From: Octopus vulgaris
Taxonomy: Eukaryota
Length of the DNA stretch: 64,000 nucleotides
Direction: 5' to 3'
Assembly: GCA_951406725.2 (NCBI GenBank)
Contig: OX597815.1
Coordinates: forward strand, 100,812,001 to 100,876,000
This document shows positions 53,500-64,000 of this stretch, piece after piece (within the stretch, counting starts at the first letter, position 1; every line of letters begins with the position of its first letter). The notes below the pieces were generated by a model. That model did no database searches and had not been told where the DNA came from. It saw only the letters and a program-made list of their open reading frames with translations. Both the position numbers and the translations under genes were made by a program.

Positions 53500-55400
53500 A
53501 TCATCCATCGTTTGCCTCGAAAACTTACTGATCCTGGTGAAGCACAGATTACATCAGGACTTCTGACTGAATGAGAGAGTACTCCAGGTCTTGGCATTTA
53601 GTTACGGTTGCTAAAGCCGTTTTTCTAAGCCTCGGGAACCAGAGAAGATATCTTCTAGTCGAAGTAAAGGATATCTAGTTTATTGTTTAAGTTTTCTGGA
53701 TTCATTCGTACGGAATAAGTGTTTGCTCTATTGAACTCAGAAATTTTCAAACCTTGTCAAATTGCACCGATTGAAATGCTGTTCTATACATTTTCATCTT
53801 TGCAGATGATACCCTCTAGTGGACAAAAGATATTGTACATGCACTACAAATTTTGACTTAAACAACAAAGTTAGGATTACTATTGACTTGTATACACTGT
53901 GTTCAGTTTTAAGTGACATGTCATGATTGTTCAAGAGAACTTATAATGCTATTCTGCCTTTTTTCTTCAGTTCTCGGCGATATCTCGATATCTAACGTAG
54001 GAATGTTCCTCATGATGAATCTGAAGCATGGGAAATAGTGAAAGGTTTTCAGAGATTGACCAACTACGAAACATGTTTGCAAAATAGACTCAAGACACTA
54101 ATTTATTTTGTTACACGTTTCGATTATAGGACTGTGTTCATCGTGGAACACTGCTGTCATGATGATAGTTGATTATATCGCCCGTCACCTTTTTGGACTG
54201 GTACTAATTCTATACACCTCAGAAAGAAAGTCATCTTTGAACTGAATGGAAAATGAACTTATCAAGTAGAAGAGCAATGAGTTAGCAAATTCGCTTGAGC
54301 GTCGATCAAAACGCCTCCAAGGTCATGGATGATAAAGTTTAGTGTCAGTCAATTACTGCAGTTGATATAATTGATTAATACTGGTGGTTCCCAGAATCAG
54401 TATGTACAAAAGAGATGAGAAAGAACTTCCTCGACAGACTGATCGCATGGTCCAAAACGGTTCCGAGGGGAGGCTATTCAATCTAAGCAATAACAGATGA
54501 CGCAATACGTTGAAATAACCCAGCCCTGAAAACAAAAGTGAAATTGTTGCTTTCAGTCATGTAGCAGTGGCCGATCAAAAGATGATAATTGATCCAAATT
54601 AATTAGAACCTCAAGGAAGCCATGTTTGTTACTCACCTTCTGTTATTTCGTCTGATGTAGAATAGATCATTCATGGATCACACAGGTCTGGGTATTCTCA
54701 ACGATACTATGCAAGACAAGCAGCAATTTCCTTGCTAGCTCCTTGGTAAAATCTTTAACTTTGCATATAGCAGAGTCAATGGACAGAAATTATCAACAAC
54801 GTCCTAATCGTTCGCGTACCTGAATCTAAGATATTTTGGTTTCATTAGTATTAGTATATCTAACTCTAGTGACTTTGAATCGCTAAGCAAGTTACCTTTT
54901 TTTTCCAAATTGATCTCACGTCACATGCATTTGCGCAAACTAATCTCAGTTTGACATGCGAAGAAGATAATAAGTGGAAGAAGTTTCTTAGCTTACATTT
55001 GCGTTAACCGGGCAATTCAGTTTGCAGAGTGAGCCAATGGCTTCCTGCAGCACGGAATAGAATATGTTAGCAGTGAAAGTCGTTGCTTCATGTGGGTATC
55101 TCAACAGTGAATGCTTGTAGACTTCGATTGTCATCTATAAGAGAAATTGGTCGATGTCCTTCCTTTTTGCTTGTATTTGTTACGTTTTTCCCAGCCCGTC
55201 GGTCTTCGTTCGGAAAAAAAGTTGTAATCGAATGAGCCTTTGTTATTGTTTGTTGTCATTGCTCTGACTTTTTCATTGTTGTTTGTTTGAGGGAATGGCA
55301 TTATGCTTTGTTTGCTGTTGTGATTTTTCTTACAACAATTGTTTATGTTCTGAGTGATGATTTAAAAAAAAACTTTCTGGCCACAACAGGTTTGATTGTT
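53500..55400 (-). mobile_element. Decayed Tx1/L1-like LINE RT remnant
   Basis: RLNSLPSEPF..MRSVCRGSSFSSLLYILIL (cf. VNGxLSEPF...RSVRQGCPLSPLLY) and KELARKLLLVLHSIVENTQTCVI. Boundaries are approximate. Confidence 0.55.
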
Positions 55401-56041
55401 TTTACCGCTTATGCTTTTTAGTTGTGTTGGCCGTGGACTGCAAGTGCTTGTTTGAAAAATGAGACTGATTGGCTTTTATCATCCAGTCATTGGACTGCGG
55501 CCATGCTGGAGCACCGTCTTGAGGATTTTAGTTGAACGAATCAACCCCAGCACTTAATTTTAAAGCCTGATTTTTTCTGTTAGTCTCATTTACCAATCCA
55601 TAAATTAGACAATAACACACCAACACCAATTGTCAAGCAACGGTTGATAGACGAACAAAAGCACAAATACTCATATATGTATGCATGTACTATCACTCTT
55701 TCTTTCTTTCTTTCTCTTTCTCTCTCTCTCCCTCTCCCCCCCCTCTCTCTCTCCTATACAGACCAAACGTTAGCGCTCATTAAATATAGCTAAAAGGATA
55801 TAAAGTAATATAGGTTTCAGTGAAAAGGCAAATTTCGAGATATTGACAGCGAAAAAGAAAAAAAAAAAGATTATTTTCCTCAATGTATTCTTCGTATGAG
55901 GTCGCTTGAATCACTTCTAAAACATAAAAAAAGTCGGATGTTAAATGTACACAGTCACTGCATTGCAAAATCATAAATATTAAAAGATGAATGGGTAGCT
56001 AAAAAAGCGAATATTTGAATCCATAGATCAAATTCGTATAT

Positions 56042-56128
56042 ATCCTACGGCCGTTTCAGGAAAGGTATTTCAGAATGGGTGAACTATTTGTACCCATTTC
56101 GAATATATACATTCCCTTCATCAGGGAT
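56042..56128 (-). ncRNA. Type I hammerhead ribozyme (Penelope-type, minimal helix III)
   Basis: Minus strand reads AUCC-CUGAUGA-[AGGGAA...long stem II...UUUCCU]-GAAA-C GGCC G-UA-GGAU. The catalytic core is complete, stem I is AUCC/GGAU, and predicted cleavage follows GUA, between 56046 and 56045. Confidence 0.85.
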
Positions 56129-56998
56129 TATATGGGAGGTTTAAAAAAGTTTAAAATATTGTTTATGAAACATTAAAAGACTTCATACTTGGACCGGGTA
56201 TCCTATGTTGTGATAAAAATTTGTTCAGAAAAATACATTCTAAAATGAAGGTTAAATATATTACGAATATTATAGAAAGATGATGCGTTTACGGCTATTC
56301 TAAAACATATTGGGGATAAAAGGTCGGAATTAAGGTTTCAATTTTTAATATGGGTTGGCTATATTTTAAAAAGAAAAAAAATTTTCATGGAGAAACATAC
56401 CTATGTTTACAAAATATCAAAGCATCAGAAATCTTATTTAATAATATTTTTCTACTCGTACGAAGTATGGATTCTTTAGTGCATAACCTACATATTCTAG
56501 TGTGTGTGTGTTATATGGAGTAGCTTGAGTAATTATTGACCAATCTAATTTAAATTGTTTATTTAAATGCTTTTAAATTATTCATGTGTCTGGCTAGTGC
56601 TTTCGAATTTTTCGTGTTCGGGTTTGTAAAAGAATTTTTATGCCCTCTATATCTAGTTTTAAAGTCTATTGTGTTCCTTATGTAGATTTTCTTGTTTTTT
56701 TTGAGGTTCTTGGGTTTTTTTACTTCACACATATAAACTACATTTTTTCTCAAACATGGGCCTTTTAACGGGCAAAATTCTGGGGAATCCAGGTTATTAC
56801 TCTCCTGGTTACGTTCCATGGATTCCCTAGTATTCTTTTTAAGTTCAAATCTATTATTAGCAGCAATAATGGAACCTAAATAAGGTGATGTTGAATATAA
56901 CAATTTTAAACTAGATTTGCTAAAGATGGGGTGATATTTATGATCCAGAAGAAAGTTTTTTTCAATGCTCTTAAAGAATAATTCGAGGAGATTCTTAA

Positions 56999-57229
56999 CC
57001 TATTAAGTCCCAGAGTGCTTGAATTCCTGAATATTAGTTTTAAATGTTTACAGATGATTGAAAATAGGTTAAAATGAAAAAAAATAATTATTAATTATTA
57101 AAACTCCTCTACTCCAAGTAGAAATGGAAATACTCGGTGTCCTATAAATAGAACACTGAGACAATGTGATAGAGCTTAGTTAATGTTCTCATTTAGTGTC
57201 CTATTTATAGGACAGTGGGACTTAATGGG
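56999..57229. mobile_element. piggyBac-type MITE (231 bp) with TTAA target-site duplication
   Basis: TTAA|CCTATTAAGTCCCA ... TGGGACTTAATGGG|TTAA. Internal inverted repeat TGTCCTATAAATAG/CTATTTATAGGACA. Removing it joins ...QVK|NLLELFFKSIEK..., which continues in frame into the Penelope ORF at 56559-56903. Confidence 0.85.
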
Positions 57230-57568
57230 TTAACTTGAAGAGAAAAAGGTGGGGGTGAACCAAATTATTTCCCACTGCCTGTTTCTTACTGAATCTATTG
57301 TAAAGTTATGACTAAAAGGTTGATAATATCTCCTATGTATATGAGGAATCCATTGTTCAACGGGCTCATTAACTGAGGGAATGTCAATATTTAATTTAGT
57401 TAAGCCTGGAAAAAGTTTACTTAGTTTATTTTTAAATATTGTATTTCTTATATAATAAATGTTCTTGTAGAAACCACTATTCTTAAGTGCTGTGTTATAC
57501 AATGATACATGATTATTGAAAATTCTTTCATTATCTGAGAGATTAGATATTCTTTAATATTTATGATT

Positions 57569-57968
57569 AGAAAGGCGGCGAGCTGGCAGAAACGTTAGCA
57601 CGCCGGGCGAAATGCGTAGCGGTATTTCGTCTGCCGTTACGTTCTGAGTTCAAATTCCGCCGAGGTCGACTTTCATCCTTTCGGGGTCGATAAATTAAGT
57701 ACCAGTTACGCACTGGGTCGATGTAATCGACTTAATCCTTTTGTCTGTCCTTGTTTGTCCTCTCTGTGTTTAGCCCCTTTGGAGTAGTAAAGAAATAGGT
57801 ATTTCCTCTGTCTTTACGTTCTGAGTTCAAATTCCGCCGAGGTCGACTTTGCCTTTCATCCTTTCGGGGTCGATAAATTAAGTACCAGTTGCATACTGGG
57901 GTCGATCTTATCGACTGACCCCACTCCTCCAAAATTTCGGGCCTTGTGCTTAGAATAGAAATGAATTT
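57569..57968 (+). mobile_element. Dimeric SINE family 2 copy flanked by a 28-bp direct repeat
   Basis: Core repeated twice. Flanks GATTA(G/A)ATATTCTTTAATATTTATGATT at 57541-57568 and 57969-57996. Confidence 0.85.
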
Positions 57969-57980
57969 GATTAAATATTC

Positions 57981-58403
57981 TTTAATATTTATGATTTTGC
58001 AATGCAGTGACTGTGTACATTTAACGCCCGTCCTTGTTTGTCCTCTCTGTGTTTAGCCCCTTGCGAGTAGTAAGTAAGTGATCTCATACGAATATATATT
58101 TTATATTTTACATTCTATAATTATATTTATATATTTTCATATATATTTTTGTGCCTATATATTGTATATTTTATATGAGGTGTGTCTTTCGAAGAATATA
58201 TTGAGTGATCTCATACGAATATATATTTTATATTTTACATTCTATAATTATATTTATATATTTTCACATATATTTTTTGTGCCTATATATTGTATATTTT
58301 ATATGAGGTGTTGTGTCTTTCGAAGAATATATTGAGGAAAATAATCTGTTTTTGGTTCAATATCTCAAAAGTCGTATTTTCATTGCAACCTATATTACTT
58401 TAT
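57981..58403 (+). repeat. Inverted copy of the Penelope 3' end, containing a ~127-bp tandem duplication (58078-58334)
   Basis: 57981-58025 is the exact reverse complement of 55940-55984. 58321-58403 is a diverged reverse complement of ~55800-55894. Confidence 0.8.
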
Positions 58404-58447
58404 ACATACATACCTACATACATACATATATACATACCTACATACCT

Positions 58448-58508
<61 letters not shown>

Positions 58509-58559
58509 CACACTCACACACACACCAGATACATATACGTGTGTATGTTATGTGCATGT

Positions 58560-58740
58560 GTGTGTGTGTGTATGTGCGACGAGCTTTTAGTTTCCGTCTA
58601 CCAAATTTACTCACAAGGCTTTAGTCGGAATCGGGGCTGTAGTGGAAGACACCTGCTCAAAATGTCACGTAGTGGGACTGAATCCGGGACCATATGGCCG
58701 GATAGCAAACTATACTTGCCGCACAGCCACGTTTGCGCTT
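58560..58740 (-). mobile_element. SINE family 1, 5' half
   Basis: TTTAGTTTCCGTCTACCAAAT...GTAGTGGGACTGAATCCGGGACCATATGG...CACAGCCAC. Confidence 0.7.
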
Positions 58741-59040
58741 GTTTAATAATAATTTTTTTCTTAAATGCAAGTCTTTGTATTTGTAATTCTTAACACCCAT
58801 TTTGTGAGAACGTTCAATACTTAGATTGTTACCACCGCTGTGGCTAACACCTCTTCCCGCTATCTCATGGGTCGCCATTTTACTGTATAAACAACGACGG
58901 GAATGATTGTTTACCAAAAACAGTATATACAAATGATAATGTCTGAGGACATGAGGTAATACAATTGACCTTCAGGTATTTCAAATCTTTTATTAGTAAA
59001 ACTGAAACAAAAACTATATATATTTTTTTCATTCAGTAAA

Positions 59041-61733
59041 TTACTGCCAATAACTACGTTCGTGGCCAAAATTTTGATGTGCTGTACGTTCAGGTGAATT
59101 TGTTGTACGTTTTAGTGATCTTGCCATTGGTTTTTAAAATTCAGGTTTTAACGCATTGATTGATTGATTTTTCACACATGCGTGTTTGTGAGCTTAATAA
59201 AAATAAAAGTACGCCCGGTCTGCCTTCGCAAACGCGTCTGCATGAACGCACACATTGACTAATGAGATCAAGGGCGTCTGTAATTTGGGGTGAACGTATA
59301 TACGTCCTGTTTACGACGCCATTGCTGTCACAACACAAGAAGTTTTCTCACAGACTGAAGGTACGTGTTTGCTTTTTTAAAAGTTTGATAAATTAGACTC
59401 AAAAATTACAGTGCTTATTTATACAATCCCGCCGTATCAGTCTGAACACAAACATAGATTTCTTTACTCAGATTTTAACCGGTGTGTAATGTGTTTGATA
59501 ATTTGATTAATTCAAATAAATCTTATAACTGGAGCAAAATATGAGCGATAGAACTTTGAAAACAGAACATTTCTCAGATAATGAACGTGAAGCACCAGAT
59601 AAGAAGAAGGCCAGATGGGCATCGTATGAAAGGAAACTTCCGCAAAAATTGTTGTGCGATGAAAAATTTTCTAGTTGGTTGGAGCGAGGCAAGAACGATA
59701 CAGCTAAAGGCAAATGCATATTATGCAAGTATGAAATTGTCGGTAGTTTGAGCCAAATTTTACATGAGCAGGCAGAAAAATTCCGCAAGAATGCAAATGA
59801 AGCAAATAAAGCAAAAAAGTTTACCAATTATGTCGAGGCCTCATCGTTTTCTTCACATTCCAAGAAAGTAGCAGCTGCTGAATTAAAATACTGTGCATTT
59901 GTTGCTGAGCATAATCTCCCAATTTCGATTTTGGACCACTTACCTGGCCTTGTTGCAAACGCCTGTCATGGTTCTAAAATCGCCCAGGATGCAAGGTGTG
60001 CCCGAACGAAAGGCACATACATCTTCCTTAAAGCCTTTGGCCCCTACGGCTTCAACGCTTTATTAAAAAAAGCTTCATTCATCAAAATTCTCACTCGTTA
60101 TTAATTAAACAACTGATGTTTCAACACTAAAACAACTTGTCCTGGTTTGCAGATTTTATGACGTTGAAATTCAAAAGACAGTCGACGATTTTCTTACACT
60201 TATAGAAATACAGGCTTGCAGTGCTACGGGTATACACAACTGTCTTCTATCATTTTTAAACGAACACGCTATTTCTCTAGAAATTTTGATAGGTTTCACC
60301 TGTGATAATGCAAATGTTATGATGGGACGCAAACAATGTGTTAAAGCAGAATAGGCTAGATCTTTTTGTGCAAGCCTGTGTTTGTCATTCTTTAAACTTA
60401 TGTTCACCAAACGCGTGCAATGAATTGCCGAATTCTGTCGAAGAATTGACACGAAGTATTTATGCATACTTTAGTCACAGTTCTAAGCGTATCAGTGAAT
60501 TCAAAGATGTGTAGAAAATAGCTTTAATTGATCCTCACAAAATCCTGCATGCAAGTTGCACTAGATGGCTGTCTCTCAAGCAAGATGTGCAACGCATTTT
60601 AGAGCAGTGGCCAACACTGCTGGCATATTTCACACAAGCAACATTAGAGGTGGGTCTCCGATTACGGCTCGACGCATTCTCACTGAAATGAAGAATCCTC
60701 TCACAAATATGTATTTAGCATTTCTCTCTTTCATTTTAAACAACGTTAACAAACTTAATCTGGAATTCCAGGCTGAAGGCTATCGGATGCATAAGCTTAA
60801 AAGAGCCATCAACGCTGGAATGGAGGGAATTTTGAGCATTTTCATCAGACCTGACTTACTTTCTGTTATCAATGTGTGTGAAATTAATGTCAACGATGCA
60901 ACGACACACTAACCATTAGATTGTATCTACTTTGGCGCTGCAGCTGAAAGAATTTTATAGGAAAATGCTACCACCATTGCCTCTGATGAATTGTTGACTT
61001 TCCGACAGAATATACTGTGATTCTTTGTTAGTTTTTCAAATCAAATGCTCGTGCGGTTTTCGTCTTGCGATATGCAGGACAATTTGGGATTACTAGAGGC
61101 GTTGGACCCAACCAACATAATTAAAGGAAGGCCAAGGTCAATTATATCACTTATCATGCGATTCTCAAGTCTTTGTGATGAAAAAGATTTCGAAGAAATT
61201 ATTCAGAAATGGCGCCACTTGACGGTTCAAAGTTGTTCTTTCATCCCGTATAATGATCCAGAAAAATTTTGGTTTGCTGTTTCACAAGAGAAATGTGGTG
61301 ATGAGTACCGCTATCCACTGTTGTCATCCTTCATACTCAGTCTTCATTCTTTACCACACTCCTCTGCATCGTCAGAAAGAATTTTCTCTGTTTTCCACAA
61401 TATCAAAACTAAAAATTGAAATTGCTTGAAAACTTCTACGCTTAAAGCTCTTATGAGGTCAAAAACTTTGTTACAAAATATCGATTGTACGGCGTGGGAG
61501 CCGGATGAACAACTTTGTAAAACATTATTTGAAAAACAATTGGTACAACAGAGAACCTCCTCACGAAAATGATTTTTCTTTTTGATATCCAAACATTCAA
61601 CGTTTCAATAAACGTTTTCCAAATAAAAAAAATGTATAAAAAGTTCGTTTTGTCTGTATTTGGGGGCTTCAGTAAGATTCTGTACGTTTTGATCAGATTC
61701 TGTACGTTTTGAAAAAAACCTTTGGCAGCGCTG
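59041..61733 (+). mobile_element. Full-length but inactivated hAT DNA transposon (transposase pseudogene ~59541-61570)
   Basis: Zn-finger-like KFSSWL...KCILCK, ELKYCAFVAEHNLP, CDNANVMMG, TRWLS and the dimerisation motif LPHSSASSERIFS, with multiple stops and frameshifts. Ends ..CTGCCAA / TTGGCAGCGCTG, subterminal TGTACGTT repeats at both ends, and a degenerate 8-bp TSD TCAGTAAA/TCGGTAAT. Confidence 0.88.
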
Positions 61734-61810
61734 TCGGTAATTTTCGTAAATATTACTATTTATGGGAGCTGTATCTGTGGTGCTTGCTTGCTTCAATATT
61801 TACTACTACT

Positions 61811-62212
61811 AAGGCGGTGAGCTGGCAGAAACGTTAGTACGCCGGGTGAAATGCCAAGCAGCATTTCGTCTGCCGTTACGTTCTGAGTTCAAATTCCGCC
61901 GAGGTCGACTTTGATTTTCATCCTTTCGGGGTCGATAAATTAAGTACCAGTTACGCACTGGGGTTGATATAATTGACTTAACCCGTCTGTCTGTCCTTGT
62001 TTGTCTCCTCTGTGTTTAGCCCCTTGTGGGTAGTAAAGAAATAGGTATTTCGTCTATCTTTACGTTCTGAGTTCAAATTCCGCCGAGGTCGACTTTGCCT
62101 TTCATCCTTTCGGGGTCGATAAATTAAGTACCAGTTGTGTACTGAGATCGAGCTAATCGACTGGCCTCCTCCCCCAAAATTTCGGGCCTTGTATCTAGAC
62201 TAGAAAAGAATA
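61811..62212 (+). mobile_element. Dimeric SINE family 2 copy
   Basis: Same dimeric organisation and spacer as 57569-57968. Flanked by ATATTTACTACTACT on both sides (TSD-like). Confidence 0.85.
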
Positions 62213-62229
62213 TTTACTACTACTGCTAC

Positions 62230-63500
62230 TACTTTGTCTGATTTAAGATTTTTTTGTTTCAGCTTCACTACCATTCAGAATTTTCTTCAAATTTTAGCTT
62301 ATTGTGTCACAAATTCTCCATTAGTTTTCTTATCAGGTCATCCATTTTCCTCATACAATCTGATATGCATAAAGTTCGATTAAAAATTTTCTAAGCCATC
62401 CCATAACGCCCCAAAATCCACGTTGTGGCGTATTGGATGTTTTATTTGATTACAAAGTCTTCTAAGGCTGAGTTTTAAGGTATTCGTCTCAGCACCATTT
62501 CCTGGATACAGTTTTGCAGTTGCTTTCTATCCTTACAGGGTCACGAGGACTCGTATGTAACCGTATCCAACCATATATCTCCAAAAGTTGCATCGGAAAT
62601 AACTACCTGCTTATATTGTGCTTTGTAAGTGACGTATAGTTAAGGGCTGATGTCGTCAAAGATGTCTCTGACAGTAATTCTTGTAGTAATATTTAGCATC
62701 ACTTAAATGTGGATCTTCTGTTAGAACAAACTATACTGCGGTAGATATCATAAGAAAAACTCTCACATAGGCTTTTGGTGCAAAATGCACACTTGTTTAT
62801 AAGGCTTGCGGGGAGATAAATCCTCGCCACCTCTAATGCCGAAACCACCAGATCACGTGATTTTGACCTTCCTTGGTATCGTCAATGATGAACGCTCGAA
62901 CGCTGGAGATTCATTTCCCCACCAGCGATATATAGAATAAATGCCAGAACAGGCATTGGTGTCGTGATTAGCCAGTGAGCTTGTTATTAGTGACAGAGGT
63001 AGTATTAGTACCGAGAGGTAATATTTATTCCCACTTAAGCATGGATGTTCTGTTAAAACAAACTATATTACGCTAGTTACCATGAAAGAAACTCACATTG
63101 GCTTTTGGTGCAAAATGTGCACTTGGTTATTTTGCTAGCGGAGAGAAATTTGGTGGGACTCATATATGAACAAGTTGTCTCGAACAAATTGTCTTTGGAT
63201 TTACTCTGTCCTCTGTTTTAAAGATAACACTTATGGTGCCATACACATTCTTTCTACCAATAAAGATATCACTTAAAATATTTGCCAGGATTGCTTCCAA
63301 GTCTTCGTTTGATGGAACAAAGAAAGCTGTATCTTTGGTAAAGTATAAGTAAGTTATTTCCTTCTCGCACGTCACGGTGTGGTTGGCTGGTATCTGTCTC
63401 GTTATCAAAATGCAGTCAGGCTTTTGTGATCTCAGCAAAATATTTCACATGTAGGGTACATTTTGCTCCAAGGAACGTTTGTGAAAGATAGCAATCTGTT
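62230..63500 (-). mobile_element. Possible decayed LINE ORF1-like remnants with an internally duplicated block
   Basis: ORF 63160-63438. The block CTCACAT(A/T)GGCTTTTGGTGCAAAATG occurs near 62762 and 63092. Family assignment is weak. Confidence 0.3.
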
Positions 63501-63639
63501 GTTATTTTCGTTCAACGTAGTATATGCATGTATATGGATATTTTATTTGTTACTGTTGCTGTTGTTTCTATTGTTGTTAAGCATGTTGTCTATTATGGTG
63601 TTTCTTAATTTTTCGTTTTACTGCTTTTGTTTGTGTATT

Positions 63640-64000
63640 AAAGCTTTGAAAAGTACAACGAAAATACGAAATTACAGAACAAAGTATACCTGAGATAAAA
63701 GAACAGCTGAAGCAAGATATCCTCGTCATAGCACAAAGAATCTGTCGGTATGAGAAACTCCAACGATTCTTTGAACACAACAGACAGCTCAACTTCACGC
63801 CGAAACGATTCTACCAAGAACCTGGCAAAAATAAAATAGTGATCAATGCAGTACCAACAGCAGAAGAAGTGAGGAATTGTGGAAAAAAAGTATGGTCGGC
63901 GAAGGAACAACCTCAGAAAAAAATCTATTCAAAATATAAAGACAGCATCTGAACAACTTCGGATGCCTGTAACAACGGAAGAAGTCACTAAGGGACTGCA
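63640..64000 (+). mobile_element. Decayed R4/Dong-like LINE fragment (pre-RT region), runs off the window
   Basis: RFFEHNRQLNFTPKRFYQEPGKNKIVINAVPTAEEVRN...W resembles the QNxxFxxNxKxFYxxL...PxxEExxxFW motif of R4/Dong ORFs. Confidence 0.5.

Larger units (their letters stand above)
55795..57553 (-). mobile_element. Penelope-like element, 3' portion (RT thumb/linker + GIY-YIG endonuclease + 3' non-coding end)
   Basis: YNTALKNSGF, IIWFTP, HKYHPIFSKSSLKLLYSTSPYLGSII, and CPLKGPCLRKNVVYMCEV...IYIRNT.DFKTRYRGHKNSF...SKALARH (PLE GIY-YIG). It carries a hammerhead and is interrupted by a TTAA MITE. Confidence 0.85.

Noticed and set aside
54637-54819. Apparent minus-strand exon with ttcag acceptor and GAAG|gtgagt donor upstream of gene C
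   Set aside because: It has stops in all three frames and reads as a decayed Tx1-like RT. It could only be a non-coding exon, for which there is no evidence here.

Overview
AT-rich, microsatellite- and transposon-dense eukaryotic DNA. The repeat families resemble those of an octopus (coleoid cephalopod) genome; this is inferred from the repeats, not checked. The only host genes I can support are a head-to-tail minus-strand cluster of three diverged TSSK-like (testis-specific Ser/Thr kinase) paralogues with a shared exon plan: a variable exon 1 ending in phase 1, an invariant 302-nt exon 2 and a terminal exon 3. Gene C spans 52118-41748 (286 aa) and gene B spans 35761-23398 (314 aa). Gene A has exons at 11595-11421 and 8010-7709, and its exon 3 is not in the window. 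The rest is transposable-element debris: two tRNA-type SINE families, RTE, R4/Dong-like (RLE), Tx1-like and other LINE remnants, mariner, hAT, piggyBac-type, Helitron and Helentron-type elements. The main structural finds are a Penelope-like (GIY-YIG) element with an intact-looking type I hammerhead ribozyme (minus strand, 56042-56128) and an inverted copy of its 3' end, a fold-back mariner derivative, a 186-bp palindrome, a ~788-bp tandem duplication inside an RTE, and a 168-bp direct repeat bracketing the last exon of gene B. All TE family names come from motif recognition by eye, and the boundaries of decayed elements are approximate.
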